Assembly: GCA_951406725.2 (NCBI GenBank)
Contig: OX597838.1
Location: forward strand, 1,116,001 to 1,180,000
Length of the DNA: 64,000 nt
DNA from: Octopus vulgaris
Taxonomy: Eukaryota
Direction: 5' to 3'
Shown: one piece after another, positions 29,331 through 40,735 of the stretch
How positions within the stretch are numbered: the first letter of the stretch is position 1
Layout of the letters: each line of letters begins with the position of its first letter
Notes under the pieces: generated by a model
Told to the model about the DNA's origin: nothing
Database searches by the model: none
What the model saw: the letters and a program-made list of their open reading frames with translations, nothing else
Made by a program: the position numbers and the translations under genes

Positions 29331-31100
29331 ATGTGCCCCCGCCCACCCACACACACCACCTGCTCCCACTGGTTCTCCACCTGGTTTTGAACCATATATC
29401 TGTCTGTTGGTGTTTAAATGTCATAATTAGAACTTAGGAAGGTTGGTGTTGTTTATATTCATAACTGCAGTTATTTATTCCTGTTGCTGGGGTTTAATAT
29501 TTATCAATGCATCCAATCAAGATGTGATCCATTGTGACATCGGTGGCAGAAGAGACTGACACCAGATGCAGCCAACCTCTCTGATGTCTTGAGGGAAGCA
29601 AGTGAGATGTTGTGGAAATTAACAGGTCAGTAAAAAAAAACCCTGAGAGATATATCAGTATTTTATGCATGTTTCCCCAGCTGGCATGGGTTGAGCAGAA
29701 GACCATGTGATGCTCAAATATCTCTATTTCCAGTGTAGGTTCTGTGGCTGGACACCCTTCTTAAGCATTGTCCAGAAGATGAAGGAAGTGACAACATCTC
29801 AGCCACCCTCATTACTTGTTTTATCTCTGCAGTGGAATGCGTGAACAAGTTGTTAGTCTATTTTAGTCAAAAAGCTGGATGTCCATAGCCCATCACCGGT
29901 AAATATTATTGTAAATAATGTCTTCCTCAGGTACTTAACTGAAGAAATGAACCCAGTCTACAGGTAAATAGGGGCTGATTTGTAATGAATCCAGTTTCTG
30001 CATATAGTAGCCTTGATTAATGTTTCACACTACAAGAGAATGTAACATATCGCTAATATGGTGCTTCTATTGCTTATAACATCATCATCATCATTTACCA
30101 TCCATTTTCCATGCTGGTATGGGTTGGATGACTTGACAGGAGCTGGCAAACCAGAGGACTGCACCAAGCCCCACTGTCTGTTTTGGCATGGCTTGTGCAG
30201 CTGGGCGTCCTTCCTAATGCCAACCACTTTACAAAGTGGACAGGGTGCTTTTTACATGGCACCAGTACTGCCAAGGTGATTTGGCATGGTTTTTAATTGC
30301 TGGGTGCCCTTCCTAATGCCAACCACTTTACACAATGGACTGGATGCTTTTTATGTGACTAGTGAAATCGGGGTTGAGGTGGGAGCAACAGGACAGCCAT
30401 GATACAGTGGGCAAAGCTGTGAGGACAGGATTGGGTGGCAGGAGTGGGAAGGGAGAGATAAGCAGAGTGCAGGAAAAAAGAGGAAATCTGAGGAGAAGAA
30501 GAAGAGATGTAGTTTGGTTTATTGGGATAAGGTGTGTGAAAAAGTTTTCAGTGTTACATGTGTGTGGAACTCACAGCCTTTCTAGAACTCAGTTTCACTT
30601 GAGGTGGGTGAGTCTTCCCAAGAAGCTCATGCTGCCAGACATCTTGGCCCATTTGTCATCTCCTCCATGAGGCCCAACATCCTGTGTTTATTTCCTCCAA
30701 ACAATTTAGAGCCACTTAATTCTCAGATCCAGTGCTGGAGTAGAGACTGTGGACTTTCTCTTCATTGACTCTGTGACTTGGCTTGAAGTAGAATCTGTGA
30801 CATTCATGCCTTTTTTATGTGTATGGTGTTACTGGCTTTTAAAGATGACATTACAGTTTATAATCCAACAGATGTATTGTGTGTGTGTGTGTATGTGTGT
30901 GATAGTGTTATTAAAGAGATAAACAGCTTAGAATCCACACATATCATGCTATGATAGTAGAACTATTTTTAATGTGAGTTAATCAATTTATTAATTTCAA
31001 ACACATTTCCTATTTTGCTAACAGCATCCAAGAAGAAATATATTTGAACTAACATTCATTTCTTAATCCTCTCCGTTTCTTTCTATCTCTTTTGTTGTAG

Positions 31101-31298
31101 ATGACAGCTGGTTGGAGACATTTGCTGGTGGCAGGAGTGATTTGATGAATAATAATGAAAGAGACAGATTTTCTGACCAATGCAAGACATTCCCTCAGAG
31201 CATATCTTATAATGGCAACAGAAATCTCTACCAAACAGGCCAGCAACCCTCTAGTTTTCAGTCCATCGATAAAACAGCAACATCCTACTCAAAGCCAA
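31101..31298 (+). CDS. SPATA22: SPATA22 exon (DDSWLETFAGG...TSYSKP), low-complexity region
   Basis: Strong pyrimidine tract plus TAG acceptor; open frame, phase 1 in and phase 1 out. The donor A|GTATAT is weak, so the 3' boundary is less certain. Confidence 0.72.
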
Positions 31299-32081
31299 GT
31301 ATATCGTTAAACATGCCTCATCTGCATTTTGCTTCTTTCCAGACAAACACTTTTGTTTTCAATGGCTTTATTTATTTTTTTCAATATTTGACATAACAAA
31401 TACATATATGAATAGGCTTCCCTTCAAAGAGATTCTGCTTTTTATCAATATTCAATGATAAACCTAGACAGTTTTATCTTGCTGCTTTTATTTAATAGCA
31501 TACTTTTCTATTGGTTCTATAAGTTTTAACTGTAATTCCTCATTATTATTTTTACATCTGTCGGCCTGGGTTAGATGGGTGTCTCTGTGTTGCATCACTG
31601 TACCTCACTGTCTGTCACACAGCATACAACAGCAGAGAAAAACTGGCCAGTTCTGCTGCTGCACATGTTACGGTGGTATTTCTGGTTGTTTGTGTCTTCT
31701 AACAACAACTACTACTTTATACTGTGAATTGAGGTCATTTTATCATGCAACTGGGACCGCAGTTGTCTACAACACGACCAAACGGCCCTCTCTACTCAAC
31801 CTTGCTGCTTCTTTATAATTAATTTAACTCTTAAGATTTTCAAAGGTATATGTCTTACACCATGACATAATGCTTAACTGCTCAGTAAACCCAGTGTGCA
31901 ATCTGATGAAGTTGTTTCATTCATGTTTCTTGGGTATCACAGTTTCTTCTTCGTTTCACTCTAAACCTTTAGTGTCCAGTTTTATGGTTTGGCTGGTAGT
32001 TTCAGGTGACATTATGCTACACTGAAGACGGAAACTTAATGGCAACATAATTGGCAGGAAAAGCTTAACAAAAATTGTTTT

Positions 32082-32270
32082 CATCATCATCATCATTTAA
32101 TGTCCATTTCCCATGCTGGCATGGGTTGGACAGTTTGACCGGAGCTGGCCAGCCAGAGAGTTGCACCAGGCTCCAGTTATCTGTTTTAGTAAGATTTCTA
32201 TGGCTGGATGCCTTTCCTGATGCCAACCACTTTACAGAGTGGCACTGGGTGATTTTTATGTGGCACCAGT
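32082..32270 (-). mobile_element. SINE family C with a (GAT)n tail
   Basis: CATCATC...TTTAATGTCCATTTCCCATGCTGGCATGGGTTGGAC motif. Also near 20-170, 10045-10212, 10930-11160, 30080-30360, 41240-41415, 56003-56130, 60200-60370 and 61610-61676. Confidence 0.75.
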
Positions 32271-32630
32271 TGAAAATTTATATAAATCTACTTTTACCCT
32301 GTTTTAATAATTATAATTATGCTTAACAAAATTGTTATGTTCAATATTTAGTACAAGATCCTAAAAACCTTATATTCCATGATGCAGCTCATTATTCCCT
32401 GCAGAGAAACCGTGTGAGAACTGCTGTGTTTAGAAAGAGTACCTAGCTATAAAGTACAGTACCCAGAGACTCCTGTAAATGTTTGAATGTTGTGAAACGT
32501 GTGACTTGTAGTGTTTGCTTGAGAAACTACAATTGAAGAGAAGCCAACAAGATTACTAGAAATAGCAACCAAATTTCCCTCAAATCATACTCTACTGTAT
32601 AAATATATTTTGTCTTGGATGCTGTTAGCA

Positions 32631-33113
32631 GAGTAGGAGTTGCCATGTGGTAAGTAACTTGATTACCAACCACATGGTTCTGGGTTCAGTCCCACTGCGT
32701 GGCACCTTGGGCAAGTGTTTATAGGCACAGGAGTGGCTGTGTGGTAAGTAGCTTGCTTGCCAACCACATGGTTCTGGGTTCAGTCCCACTGCATGGCATC
32801 TTGGGCAAGAGTCTTCTACTATAGCCTTGGGCCAACCAAAGCTTTGTGAGTAGATTTGGTAAATGGAAACTGAAAGAAGCCCGTCCTATATATATATATG
32901 TATGTATATGTTTGTGTGTCTGTGTTTGTCCCCCCAACATCGCTTGACAACTGATGCTGGTGTGTTTACATCCCTGTAACCTAGCAGTTTGGTGAGAGAG
33001 ACCAATATAATAAGTACAAGGCTTACAAAGAATAAGTCCTGGGGGTCAATTTGCTCAACTGAAGGCAGTGCTCCAGCATGGCTGCAGTCAAATGGCTGAA
33101 ACAAAAAAAAAGA
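32631..33113 (+). mobile_element. SINE family A preceded by a duplicated 5' head
   Basis: Head copy at 32631-32718 is directly followed by a full copy at 32724-33113. Confidence 0.85.
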
Positions 33114-33923
33114 ATACTGTCTTATAAATGGAAGGACACCTTGAATAATGTGTTGTTAGAAGCACTATATGGATGAATACAAAACAGGATGGTCATGGTT
33201 GGAAGACTCTTAATCAAAGGTCTGCTCAATCAGGGTTTAACTTGCGATGAAACAAAGAGTAATATATCTAAACTTCAATTACTGGATACTGTTGTTTGAT
33301 TGGGTCAGCCTTGATTGGGAAGAACTCTGATCAAAGGTGTCCTAGCCACCATGACCATCCAAAACTTCATTATCCAATACGTTCTTCTTTTGGTTCCGAT
33401 GTGAAAGTTGGTTGTTATTTCTAGCAGTTTGACTAACCTAATAGAGGATCAGTAATTAGCCAATCAAACAGATGTACAAAGAAATAGGAGTGTTGTGCAA
33501 GAGTATTGCATTATGTGGGAGTGTTGGAGAATCCATTTGACAATTTTTTAATTACAATTTCTGTTTTTCTAAACTAACAAACTGTCCAAACCCACCTTTC
33601 CCCCCCCCCCTCTTGTTCCTGCTACATCTTACATATTCTATCCAACTCCTTCCTTAACATGAGTGGCATATATGGATTTTTATCCCCCATCAAGACACCA
33701 ATGTGGGGCATGTGGAACCTTGGTATTACAACTACTAAAATGGTATGACTGTATGGGTTGCAGTTAAGCATTTAGGAAGTAGTGGTTGAGGTTGTAGTAA
33801 TGAATAGCTCATCTAATCCCTACATGACTCCTGTACAACATAAAATATAGATAATTCATTGTCAGTAGTAGTAGCAGTAGTATAGCTAGCTCACTAAGTT
33901 TATACTGGTGGTAGTAGTAGTTG

Positions 33924-33973
<50 letters not shown>

Positions 33974-34368
33974 GTAACTCTCCTTGTCTGTGTCTTCAGT
34001 TGTTGATGTTTAAGGTTTAATTTTAGTTCTTAAGACTTTCTCTCGGTTGTTGTTCTCTATAAATCTGTGAAAAATAATTGTAACATTTTCTAAGGGTTTT
34101 CTTTTCTAGAGTATGAGATTAGCTGGATATGATTACTGGCTGGCATGTCACCCTTTCTAAACCATCATGATATAATCCCTTTAATCCCTACCTCAATCCT
34201 GCTTCATAATCTCCTTTGTTCATCATCTAACTCCTACCCCACCCAACAATCTCTCCTACATTTATTGATCTCTTCATCATCACCCAATAATGGCTTCAGC
34301 TGACAGTTTATTCTTTAGTTATCTCAACTAGCATTTCTCCTTTTTTTATAACAAATTACTTTCTGTCT

Positions 34369-34403
<35 letters not shown>

Positions 34404-35602
34404 CTCTCTCTCTCTCTATTTTTAATTAATTGTTCCACTTTTGCTATTTCCATTTCAGTTGAGATTTATTATCACATTTGTAATGACACACAACAAACAC
34501 ACAACATATGCACACACATACACACATTCACATATGCACACACATACATAGACACATTCACACGTGCACACACATACACTACTCAGTGTTTTGGTATAAC
34601 AATCAATTTCTTATTTCAGCAACTGTTATACAACATGTACGACCACTGCTGCTATGTAAAACTAACTGTTATTGTAGTACATATAAGACCAGTTTTGTAA
34701 GACTAACTGCTGTTGTAGCATATATACACAACACTGCCACTTGTTGCTCTATATACAGGACTGCTGTTGTAAGACTAAATGTTATTCATGTTGTTGCTAT
34801 GAATATGCTTCTAATTGAAAAACAGGACCCACCACCATGCTTAGAAAACTTCTCTTTATCCCACTTTGATTTCCTTTCAATACTTCTTATGGGCAGAACG
34901 TGAACGTCATCAAATCTCATTACCTCTTTAACGATCTAAGGTCTCATGCCTTACATGCTAGCAGCTGAGACATGTAATGTCTTGTTATATCCTGGTATAA
35001 AATGCATTCTATTTTTTCAGCAAAATGTTTTAACAATCAGTTATATGTGGCCCTGGAGGGGAATTAATAGATATTACTATGGTGTTGTAAAAGTGATGAT
35101 GATGATGATAATCATAATGTTTATAAAATGGGTACAGGGCCAACAGATTTGAAGAAGAGAGGGGTTCAGTCAGTTACAGTAATCTCCACTACTTGACTGG
35201 TTCTTTATTTTATTGGACCCAAAAGGATGAAAAGCAGAATTGACTTTGGCTAGATTTGAACTTATAATGTAAAGAACTGGGTTAAATACTAAAACTCCAA
35301 CTGATGCTCTAACAATTCTGTCAATTCACTGCTCATATAATAATTTCTAAGATAGCTTCAGTGGGTAGGAATCTGGGGTGGGAAGAATTCGTTGATTATA
35401 TTTACCCCATTACATGACTGGTACTTTATTTATTCTGGGAAGATGAAAGGCAAAGCTACCAGAGCAAATAGCACAAGGCATTGTGTCCAAAACTCCAATG
35501 ATTCTACCAGCCCACCACCTTAAACATCATTTGTTCGACGAAAAGCAGTGCTCCAGCATGGCCGCAGTCAAATGACTGAAACAAGTAAAAGAAAGAATAA
35601 AA

Positions 35603-35674
<72 letters not shown>

Positions 35675-36767
35675 ATATATGTATATATATAAGAAAGTAT
35701 ACAATAAAACATAAAAAAAATAGATGCATCTGTTAAAAAGGAGGATGATTTGATTCTCTTGATATGGGAGGACCTCTGGGAATAGTCATGGAAGCCCACC
35801 ATTCAAGATCTCCTTGAAGACAGGACGAGTTCCCTCTCCAATTCCTGTTCTCTGACTCACAGGTCATTTCTAACATTGGTGCAAGACCACAAGTTCATAG
35901 GGAGTAGAGATAACATTTTGATATACTATCCACAGACTGCTGCTTCTAGTCACTATTAAGAACAATTTCACTTCATTTGTTAATTCTGTTGGGAAATGCA
36001 TGAATATCACAAGCTCTTACTTGCCTTTTATGAACTTGTAAGGCTTTATGTTTTCTCAAGTAATTGTTATTTACAACATCAGCACTTAATGACTCCTACT
36101 GGCACCATAGATGTAGCTTCTCCTTAATTGAAATTACCCATCATCTCTCTTACATCACAGTTGACTGGCGAATTTTCAAAATGTAGAAATCATTGCTTCA
36201 GGAGTTAATTGCAGAAAGAACAAAACCATTTGCTATTTTCTCATTAGCTTTAAAACATTGAAGTAGATCGAGTTAATTATTATTATAACAATTATTAAAC
36301 ACTGGCTCAACTTGTTAGGTGACTAAAACCAACAGATTTCATCTTATTCGGTTGATCTAATTTTATGCATTGTTGTTGATGAAGAGACATGATAAGGAAA
36401 ATGGATTCTTTATAAAGATTTTGTTTCTCTTCACGTTTAATGGAATTGTCGGAATGGTTAGGGTGGTTGACTGCCTTGCATTATTTAGTCATGTCGCTTT
36501 ACTTTCTGGGTTCAAATTCTGTCCAATTCATTAGAATAAAAAAAAAAAAAAAGGGACATCATCACCACCAACATTATCATTATTGCCAGCTGCTGTTCAA
36601 GCTGACAAAATTGTTTGTGTTGGAAACAATGCTTGGCTGCATTCGTTTCAGTTCTTTGCCTTTTGTCTTTTTAGGGTTGAAGGCATTGACTGACCCCTTT
36701 CCCTCAGAGCTGTTAGCTTTGTGCCTAAAGCAGAAACCACAACCATTATTATTTTTATTATTATTAA

Positions 36768-36985
36768 GGCAGCAAGCTGACAGAATCATTAGCATGCCGG
36801 ACAAAATACTTAGTGGTATGTTGCTTACCACTACATTCTAAGTTCAAATTCTGCTGAGGTTGACTTTGCTTTTCATCCTTTTGGGGTCGATAAATTAAGT
36901 ACCATTTGCGTACTGGGGTCGATTTAATTGACTGGCTCCCTCCCCACCAAAATTTTAGGCTTTGTGCCCTATATTAGAAAGGGTT
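36768..36985 (+). mobile_element. SINE family B
   Basis: Same consensus as 45006-45238. Confidence 0.8.
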
Positions 36986-38216
36986 GTTGTTATTATTATT
37001 GAATGAGAGAGCAGTACCTGCCGTCAGAGTTACACTGGGGTAAAATATACTAAGCCCAGTATACCCATCATGACTACCCATCTGATAAGGGTGCACTAGG
37101 CACATGCATCACAATCATACATGCACGACATGGTGGCTCACGTTCACACCATTTTCTTGCCTTTTCCAATCCCAACTTGTTCCATAATTCTTAATGAACC
37201 ATTCTGGTGACATTGTCACGTGGCTTCTCTTGTGTTTTTTTTCAAGACCAGTTTGCTGCATTTGCTTAAAATTTGTCACACTATCTCTCCAGTTTCACCA
37301 CATAGTAGTAGTAGTAGCAGTAGTAGTCGTCATATATTTGTTGTTGTTTTGCCAGTCTTCCAATTGCTAGCCATCAAGTTGTATCCAGCAACCTCAGTTG
37401 TCCTGCATCTTTCTTATAGTTCTTGCTGTGCCAAACAAACAGGCTTTCTATAGAGTCTGTCTGTCTGTCTGTTGCTGCTGCTGCTACTGCCGTTGGTGGT
37501 TTTGCTTGCCCTGAGCCACTACAAAATGTGGTTATAGTCGTGTCTTTCCAGATAACAGTTTTGAGACAAATCTTAAACTGAAAACAAACATCAATAAGAT
37601 TTCTTGTTAACCAATTTAAAAGACTTTTGTTTTAAAAATAGTTGCTGTAGGATATTAACAATTCATTGTCATCATCATCATCATCAGCCGCAGCAGCATC
37701 AACAGCATCTCCCACTTAACATCTATAGCATTGACATCACAACCGCCATTATCTTTGTCCTCATTGTCATCAAAAGCAATAATGTTGATGTGGTAGGGAT
37801 TTAGTTATGTCCTGGCTTCAAACTCTACCTCTGTCCACATCTGATGTTGCTAAATTTTCTAGTGGTCAGGGTATTGGCAGTAATGAATTAACTACAATAC
37901 CTCCTCCCGAAATGTGTGACTCTCTCTCTCTCTCTCTCTCTCGTCACTGTGCGGATGTTTCTTATTTGTGAGTACAGCAGTGTGTTAATTAGCAATTAGT
38001 GAATATAGGGAGCAACAGTGGATGAATATTGTGGTGTCCCTAGAAATGTCACTGATCTATCTTTGATTCCTGGTTGAAACTGATTCAGTTATAGAGACAC
38101 TACACTTGAGAGGTGCATGAATGTCACAACTTCTCATTTCACTCTACCTAAACACTACTACTACTACTACTACTACCTACAGTAACCACAAAAATTCTTT
38201 GGTATTCATATTGCAG

Positions 38217-38448
38217 GTATTGAAAGAAATATCCCAGGTAGTAAAATATCTGGCCCTGTAAAAAGGGGACAGTATCATATTCAACAAAACAACAACAATA
38301 ATAATGTTGGTATGATGAGCAGGAAATCAATGGAGCGTGCGGCAGCAGCAGCAGCAGCACCACCACCACCACCACCACCAGTCACACCTCCAACCTCTAA
38401 CATGAGATACTCCCCAAGACAACCAACTACAGATAGTTCTTCTGCCAG
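38217..38448 (+). CDS. SPATA22: SPATA22 exon (SIERNIPGSK...QQNNNNNN...AAAAAAAPPPPPPP...DSSSA)
   Basis: TTGCAG acceptor, AG|GTATTG donor; 232 nt open, phase 1 to phase 2, consistent with both neighbours. Confidence 0.8.
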
Positions 38449-38564
38449 GTATTGCACTTCATCTCTTTCCTTTAACAATCCCTAACTGGGGAACATCAAG
38501 TTAGATTGTGTGAAGAATATTGGTTTCCTTCTTGAGTCATTTGGTTTCCTTCATTTCTTGTTGG

Positions 38565-38599
<35 letters not shown>

Positions 38600-38866
38600 T
38601 ATTAACTATTGATTTATATAATATTTTTGTATGCTTTTGATGTTCTCATTTGTAAAATGAATAAATAATCTAACATTATAATATCCGTAAGTTGATGAAC
38701 AAACTGAATTTGTTTCTCCATTTTCTTATTTATATTATATATATATATAAAGTTAATCCAAACAAGAAAACACAGAAAAAAAGAGAAAAAAATGAGAAAA
38801 AACACAGCAACATATATATATATATATATAAATTAATCAAAATAAAAATATGATGCCAAGGATTCA

Positions 38867-38944
38867 GCGGTATATATGTTTCAGGCCTTTATTAGACGGA
38901 TTTATAACAATGCATAATGTGTGTCTATGGCCTTCTTCAGCCGC
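38867..38944 (-). ncRNA. Second hammerhead copy on the opposite strand with a G-to-A change in stem III
   Basis: Reverse complement reads GCGG CTGAAGA AGGCC...GGCCT GAAAC ATAT ATA CCGC. Identical to the + copy except ATA replaces GTA (position 38873). Confidence 0.75.
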
Positions 38945-39162
38945 GCACAACTACTACCTCAAGGACATGTATTACATCAAAAATTCTACGTTGGGGATGC
39001 AAATCCTCTCATTCGCATACGACATAATGCGGCAACAGCATGGACGAGATGGATGCTTCATTTTTATGCTGTTGCCGCATTATGTCTTACACGAATGAGA
39101 GGATTTGCATCCCCCACATAGAATTTTTGATGTAATACATGTCCTTGGGGTAGTAGTTGTGC

Positions 39163-39240
39163 GCGGCTGAAGAAGGCCATAGACACACATTATGCATTGT
39201 TATAAATCCGTCTAATAAAGGCCTGAAACATATGTACCGC
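39163..39240 (+). ncRNA. Type I hammerhead ribozyme, Penelope-like minimal stem III with palindromic loop
   Basis: GCGG (stem I) - CTGAAGA core - AGGCC...GGCCT stem II (extended by TAGAC/GTCTA) - GAAAC - ATAT - GTA (cleavage after 39236) - CCGC (stem I'). ACATATGT is self-complementary. Confidence 0.85.
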
Positions 39241-40294
39241 TGAATCCTTGGCATCATGTTTTTATTTTGATTAATTTACTCCACCACCTACACCACCAAA
39301 CGGTATATACAGGTGCTTACAATTATCAAGTACTCACCCAGAATTTCTGTACCCAACTCTCTCTCTCTCTCTATATATATATATATTAGAGATGGCTGAA
39401 TTAACTGTTGTTATTGTTGCTGTGACCATCCCATCTTTCTCCAGGACCACATTACCTAACATGCTTTTCCATTTTATAGATGTTGGTATACGATTTGAAG
39501 GCAACCTGGCTGCTATTTTTAGCAAATTGAGTGTAGTTTGAAGTGGTCTGGACAAGTGATGTGAAAACATTAAATGTATTGTGTGCTGATGATGGAAGTT
39601 GGCAGAGAAAGTCATGAATGGAAGGGGTGAAGTGTAGAGCAGAGGATTGAAACAGCCACCTGCCAACCATATTGCCCACCCATCCTGTCTATTCTACAAC
39701 ACAGACATTAAAGCATTGACGTTGACAATGTTGATGATATAAAGGATTCCCACTTGTTGATCAGCTGTCTCTTTGTCCTCCATGTTGATTCGAACAATAA
39801 CAGCAATGTCATTTCTTTGACCTCAACCAATTCCCTTTTCGGTTGTGACTGTGCAACCCAAATGCAAGTGTTTCTTTATTCACTTCTACCATTGGTGCAC
39901 AATACAAGCAACCCACATCATATTTCCACCAATCACACACAGTCTGTTTCGGTGCCATAAACCAATCAATGCCTTTCATGTATGTCTTTGTGTCATCCTC
40001 GTGTCATACATGTAAATTCATTTCTCACAGCTCACTGTTGCAGTTCTCTGGATCATGTGATCCTAGACCAATTTTTTCAAACAGCAACTTGTTTTCAATA
40101 TTTGAATTTGTAAACCTAGCTAATCCACTCTTTTATGACATGAAAATAGTATAAAATATTCCTATTGTTAGTAGGTTGTCAATTATCACTGGTCATGTAA
40201 TGTGTTCCTGTAACAATCTGTAAAGACTCTCCAAGCTCTTTGTCTCTGTGAAAGGTCAAAATTTCAGTTTGAATGTTTTCTCTTTTAATTGTAG

Positions 40295-40478
40295 GTCAAG
40301 CTATAATTGGTCATTTTCTGCTCAGTCCTGTAAATCTGTCTCATCTCCTCAAATGTTTGGTGGTGAATCATTTATTCAGGAAGCTAATGTTGCCGAAGTA
40401 GCACCTGCCTTTAACAATAGACCAAGTAATGAACCTAAACACAGTCCAAGCTATTCTCAGACCAACACATCGTCAAAG
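40295..40478 (+). CDS. SPATA22: SPATA22 exon (RSSYNWSFSAQ...QTNTSSK)
   Basis: TTGTAG acceptor, AAG|GTCAGA donor; phase 2 to phase 0, open frame. Confidence 0.82.
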
Positions 40479-40514
40479 GTCAGAGTTTCATTCTTTCTAT
40501 TTACTTTGATTGAT

Positions 40515-40735
40515 AAAACAATATTTTCTATTTTAGGCACATGGCCGAAATTTTTTGGGGAGGAGACCAGTCGATTAGATCGATTCCAGTATGCAACTGG
40601 TACTTAATTTATCGATTCCAAAAGGATGAAAGGCAAAGTCGATTTTGGCAGTATTTGAACTCAGAACATAAAGACAGACGGAATATCACTAAGCATGTCA
40701 CCCGATGTGCTAACGTTTCTGCCAGCTCGCTGCCT
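40515..40735 (-). mobile_element. SINE family B, antisense
   Basis: Reverse complement of the family B consensus; begins about 37 nt after the donor at 40479. Confidence 0.8.

Larger units (their letters stand above)
38829..39278. repeat. Long inverted repeat (213-nt arms 38829-39041 and 39066-39278, 24-nt loop); probable inverted pseudo-LTR of a Penelope-like element
   Basis: Manual alignment gives 8 mismatches in 213 nt with no gaps. It carries hammerheads, abuts (TA)n on the left, and has (CT)n(TA)n about 80 nt to the right. Confidence 0.95.

Noticed and set aside
31301-31310. ATATCGTT as a possible U12 AT-AC 5' splice site
   Set aside because: It mismatches ATATCCTT, and there is no TCCTTAAC branch point or AC end before the next exon. 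The GT donor at 31299 gives the correct phase.
32022-32035. CTGAAGACGGAAAC hammerhead-like core
   Set aside because: Only 2 nt lie between the two core halves, so stem II cannot form, and there is no stem I or III.
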